Assembly (NCBI GenBank): GCA_033442325.1 | Contig: JAWQFM010000001.1 | Span: 2,378,973 to 2,442,972 of the forward strand | Reading direction: 5' to 3' | Source of the DNA: Salpingoeca rosetta | Taxonomy: Eukaryota > Protista > Choanoflagellata | DNA: 64,000 nt | Shown here: positions 60,616-64,000 of the stretch, one piece after another | Numbering within the stretch: position 1 is the first letter of the stretch | How the letters are laid out: each line of letters starts with the position of its first letter | The notes under the pieces: generated by a model | Seen by the model: only the letters and a program-made list of their open reading frames with translations | Told to the model about the DNA's origin: nothing | Databases searched by the model: none | Position numbers and translations under genes: made by a program

Positions 60616-61417
60616 ACGCGCTCATGCGGTGCCAATCCCTCATCATCATCCACCACGACCACCCACCATCGTGCATCACCATCAGGCTGCGGGAAGTTGA
60701 CGAGACAGTGGAGGCGATGGAGGCATCACAGCGACAGATGAGCCAGCGCTTTGCGCACCTCGAGGTGATGGCCAGAAAGGGCGGGCATGACGGCGGTGGT
60801 GGTGGAAGTGCCTTGGCATGAAGCAGCTGTTGTGGTGGCTGTTGCTGTCGTTGTGACAGCTGTTGTGGTGCTGTTGTTGCTCATTCGGATGGCTGGCCGC
60901 ATGCATGTGCACCCCCCTCTCCCTCCGCGTGAACTGCAGGCTGACCTTGAGCGGGAGCGTGAGCGGGGGAAGCGGCTGGCGGCGAATCTTGCTGAGGAGC
61001 AGCAGCGGGTGGCCAGGCTGCAGCGAGACACAAGGCAACATGCTGGCGGCAGGTTCGCTGGCTCAGACCATGACGACGACGACGATGATGATGATGATGG
61101 CAACGATGATGATAATGACGATGATAATGAAGGTCGTGGTGAGCACGGCGGTGGATGGTGGAGTGGGCGCCAGCCGTCGCCATCGACCGCAGCAAAGACA
61201 TCAGCAGCAGCACGCAGGGCGGCTCGGATGAAGGGCAGACGGCGAGGCAACGGGCGGTCTCTGGAGCTGGGCCGACTCGTGGAGCACGAGAGTGAAGGCG
61301 ACGAGGACGCTCGTGCTGGTGACACACGGCACCACCACCATTACCACCAGCAGCAGCCATCATCCGCACACAACGACTCTGGTGCGGTGCAGGATTTTGT
61401 GTGTGTGTGTGTTTGTT

Positions 61418-61488
<71 letters not shown>

Positions 61489-62530
61489 GGGTCTGTGCGC
61501 AAGTATGCAGGTTGCATCCAACATCCAACAATGGCGTATTTGTGTATGGTGTCTTCAAAGGCTCGAGCTCATTCAGCAACCAACGCTTGTGCCCTCGCTT
61601 CATGTGTTCGCACACCACCACTGCACCACACGTGCCCCCACACACCCCACATTCCCAGATGACACGCAAGCGGACGCGGTGTCCGTGTCGGATGCGCCAC
61701 TGAGCCCTGGGGCGCTGGCGCGATCTGCGCGTCTGCAGGCGCGGTCGCTGCGGGAATCACACGGGCGCCCGTCCTCTGCTGGGGAGTCGTCGGTCGAGGA
61801 CTATGACCTGCAGGCAGCAGAGGCAGAGCTGCACCGCTTGGAGCAGCTCGTGCACAGCATGCACACACACGACGCAACGCCGGGCAGTAGTGGTGATGCT
61901 GCTGATGGCGGTGATGGTGATGGTGATGGTGATGGTGGCAACGATGGCGAATATGCAGAGGCCGCAGCGTCAGCACAGCACTCACAGCAGCATCAACACT
62001 ACCAACAAACTGGGGCGCCACCTCCATCGGGACTGACATCGTCGCCATTGTCCACGTCCGCAGCCGGTGGCGCTGTGGACCCGGCGAGCACCGTGCACAT
62101 CGGGTTTGCGCTGGCCAACAGCCGCAGCCGCAGTGGTGACAGCAGACGCGGCGATGGCAGTCACCGCAACACGGATACTGCTGGCATGGCGTTTGGTGAC
62201 ACGCTGTCGCTGTTTGAGCAGAAGTTGGGCGCGTTTCTTGGCACGTCCCCCCACCGCCCCGACACGACGCCAAAGTCACATTGGACGAACAAGGGCAGCA
62301 GCAGCAGCACGCAAGAGCGTGCACATGTCCATGCTGGGGATGACGCAAACTCAAGTGCAGACTCTGGGTTTGCCGGCAGTGGCAGGCGTATGAGTGACAA
62401 GAGAGAACATCAGGAACGTGCAGGCGCAGCACTTATTTATCAACAGAAGCGGCAGCAAAAGCGACATAGCAGCGGGCAGCGGGAGGTTGGAACGTATCAC
62501 ACCAGCCACCAGGCTGACACCACAACATTC

Positions 62531-62580
<50 letters not shown>

Positions 62581-63376
62581 ATACACAACACGCACCACCA
62601 GTGCGGCCAGCTCTTCGCGCGCGGATCGCCGGGAGAAACAGCTGGCGCAGCAGGGCCACCAGACAATTGCACGCCGCGTGCTTGATGTTGCGCGCTGGCT
62701 GATGGCGTATGCGAGGCAGTCCAACAGCTGCAAGGGCATGTCTCAGTGCAGCTGCAAGCGCCGTGCTGGTGCTGGCCGGTGCATGGATGGCGTTGGTGAT
62801 GGTGGTGGCTGTCGAAGCGAGGATGGCTGGGTGTCGTGGCCAGAAACGCTGCTGCGGCGGCGTTGGAGTGACGACGATGCTGGTGCTGTTGGCGCCCCGC
62901 CCTCGCTGGCGCCACGCGACCGCCGCCGCCAGCGCACGGGTGCGCAGGAGCCAGAGGGCGAGACCGAATGCACGGCAGCACGTGTTGCATCGCAAGCGGA
63001 GACGGCGGCGGCGGCGTCTGTTGCGCGCGAACTTGAGCGGGCGCTGAGCGAAGCGCGGGCAGAGGTGGCGAGCTTGCGTGCAGACCTACGACTGGCGGAG
63101 TTTGAGAAGCGGGCGATGCAGTCGCGCCTGGCACGGTCGCAGCGCCCCGCCAGCACAAGCAACACCACCAGCAGTGGCAGCGGCAACAACAATAGCAGCA
63201 ACAGCAGCAGTGGGTCGCCGTCGTGTCGCGGGTGCGAGCGGGTGGTGCCGCGGCTGCGGGCGGCGCTGAGCCGGGTGGCAGAGCAGCTGCTGTCGATCCA
63301 GGAGCGCACACACGCGCTGGATGCCAACGACCTCCACCTCCTCGATGCGCTGCTCACCCAGTGCACTGGCCGCTAG
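58891..63376 (+). CDS. Long coiled-coil protein with low-complexity middle; about 8 exons, start codon uncertain
   Basis: Phase-consistent exons encode heptad-rich segments ([20 protein letters not shown]; [12 protein letters not shown]; [22 protein letters not shown]) and a C-terminal CRGC followed by a helix. Confidence 0.7.
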
Positions 63377-63652
63377 CACACTGCGTGTGTATTGTATATT
63401 CAGGCGGGCGCGTGTATGGGTGTATGCACGTGTGTGTTTGTGTGTCTGTGTCTGTGTGTCTGTGTCTGTGTGTGTCCGTGTGTGTGTCTGTGTCCGTGTG
63501 TGTGTGTCCGCGTGTGTGTCTGTGTCCGTGTGTGTGTCTGTGTCCGTGTGTGTGCGTCTTTGACATCATGAAACAAATGAACCTTCATTCACAACAACAG
63601 TAGGGAAGCCAACCATCACCCTTTTGTAACCGTCACAGCTTTTGCAACAACG

Positions 63653-64000
63653 ATGACAACAACGCAAGCGCTGATTGATGGCGCCCTCAAGGGTGCAACT
63701 GAGGAGGAGAGGCTCAAGTGCCTGGACCAGCTGTGCCAGCCAGCACGAGCAGCTGTGCGTCACAGAAGAGAGGAGGGATTGGGGATTGCTTATCTGCCTG
63801 CTTGATGACGTGCCAGTATGCTTGCTTGTTGGCACACAAGCTCCGGCTCACCTTTGAGCTTCAATCACGTATGTATGTTCCCAACTCCAAGCGTAGAAGT
63901 TGACACAGGACAACGTGGAGGAGCTCTCCGCACTGCTGCTGGCGACAGACACCCTCTTCTTTCGCTATTCCGACGTGCTGCTTGCGTGCCCAGCTGTCGC
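63653..64000 (+). CDS. 5' end of an unidentified helical (possibly HEAT/ARM-like) protein, truncated by the window
   Basis: MTTTQALIDGALKGATEEERLKCLDQLCQPARAA|GT..AG|DNVEELSALLLATDTLFFRYSDVLLACPAV, open to the window end. Confidence 0.55.

Overview
This is gene-dense, intron-rich eukaryotic DNA saturated with (CA/TG)n, (CT/AG)n and trinucleotide repeats. Gene content and repeat style suggest a choanoflagellate such as Salpingoeca rosetta (inference). Most listed ORFs are microsatellite artefacts. Manual splicing gives about 15 genes: RNASEH2B (5'-truncated), a GH59 galactocerebrosidase with an extra ricin-type lectin tail, cathepsin Z, a PTB adaptor, a PB1/beta-trefoil/His-rich protein, a mitochondrial tandem C10 (C12orf57)-like protein, a giant UBR5-like HECT ligase, a Greatwall/MASTL-like kinase, a very long RFX transcription factor, Mago nashi, a disordered hypothetical protein, a small 2-TM protein, MLH1, a long coiled-coil protein and a 3'-truncated gene. 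Twelve of them form six head-to-head pairs. Main observations: (1) two lysosomal hydrolase start codons lie only 59 bp apart; (2) many introns carry complementary TG and CA tracts at opposite ends that could fold to aid splicing; (3) the Greatwall kinase appears to keep a MAST/IRE-like N-terminal helical domain; (4) the UBR5-like ligase has a putative Ig-like N-terminus but no MLLE or intact UBR box; (5) uORFs overlap the RFX start; (6) the MLH1 FERC motif sits alone in the terminal exon. No CRISPR array, rRNA, tRNA or transposon was recognised. All homologies come from recalled family motifs, not database searches. Exon boundaries were read by eye.
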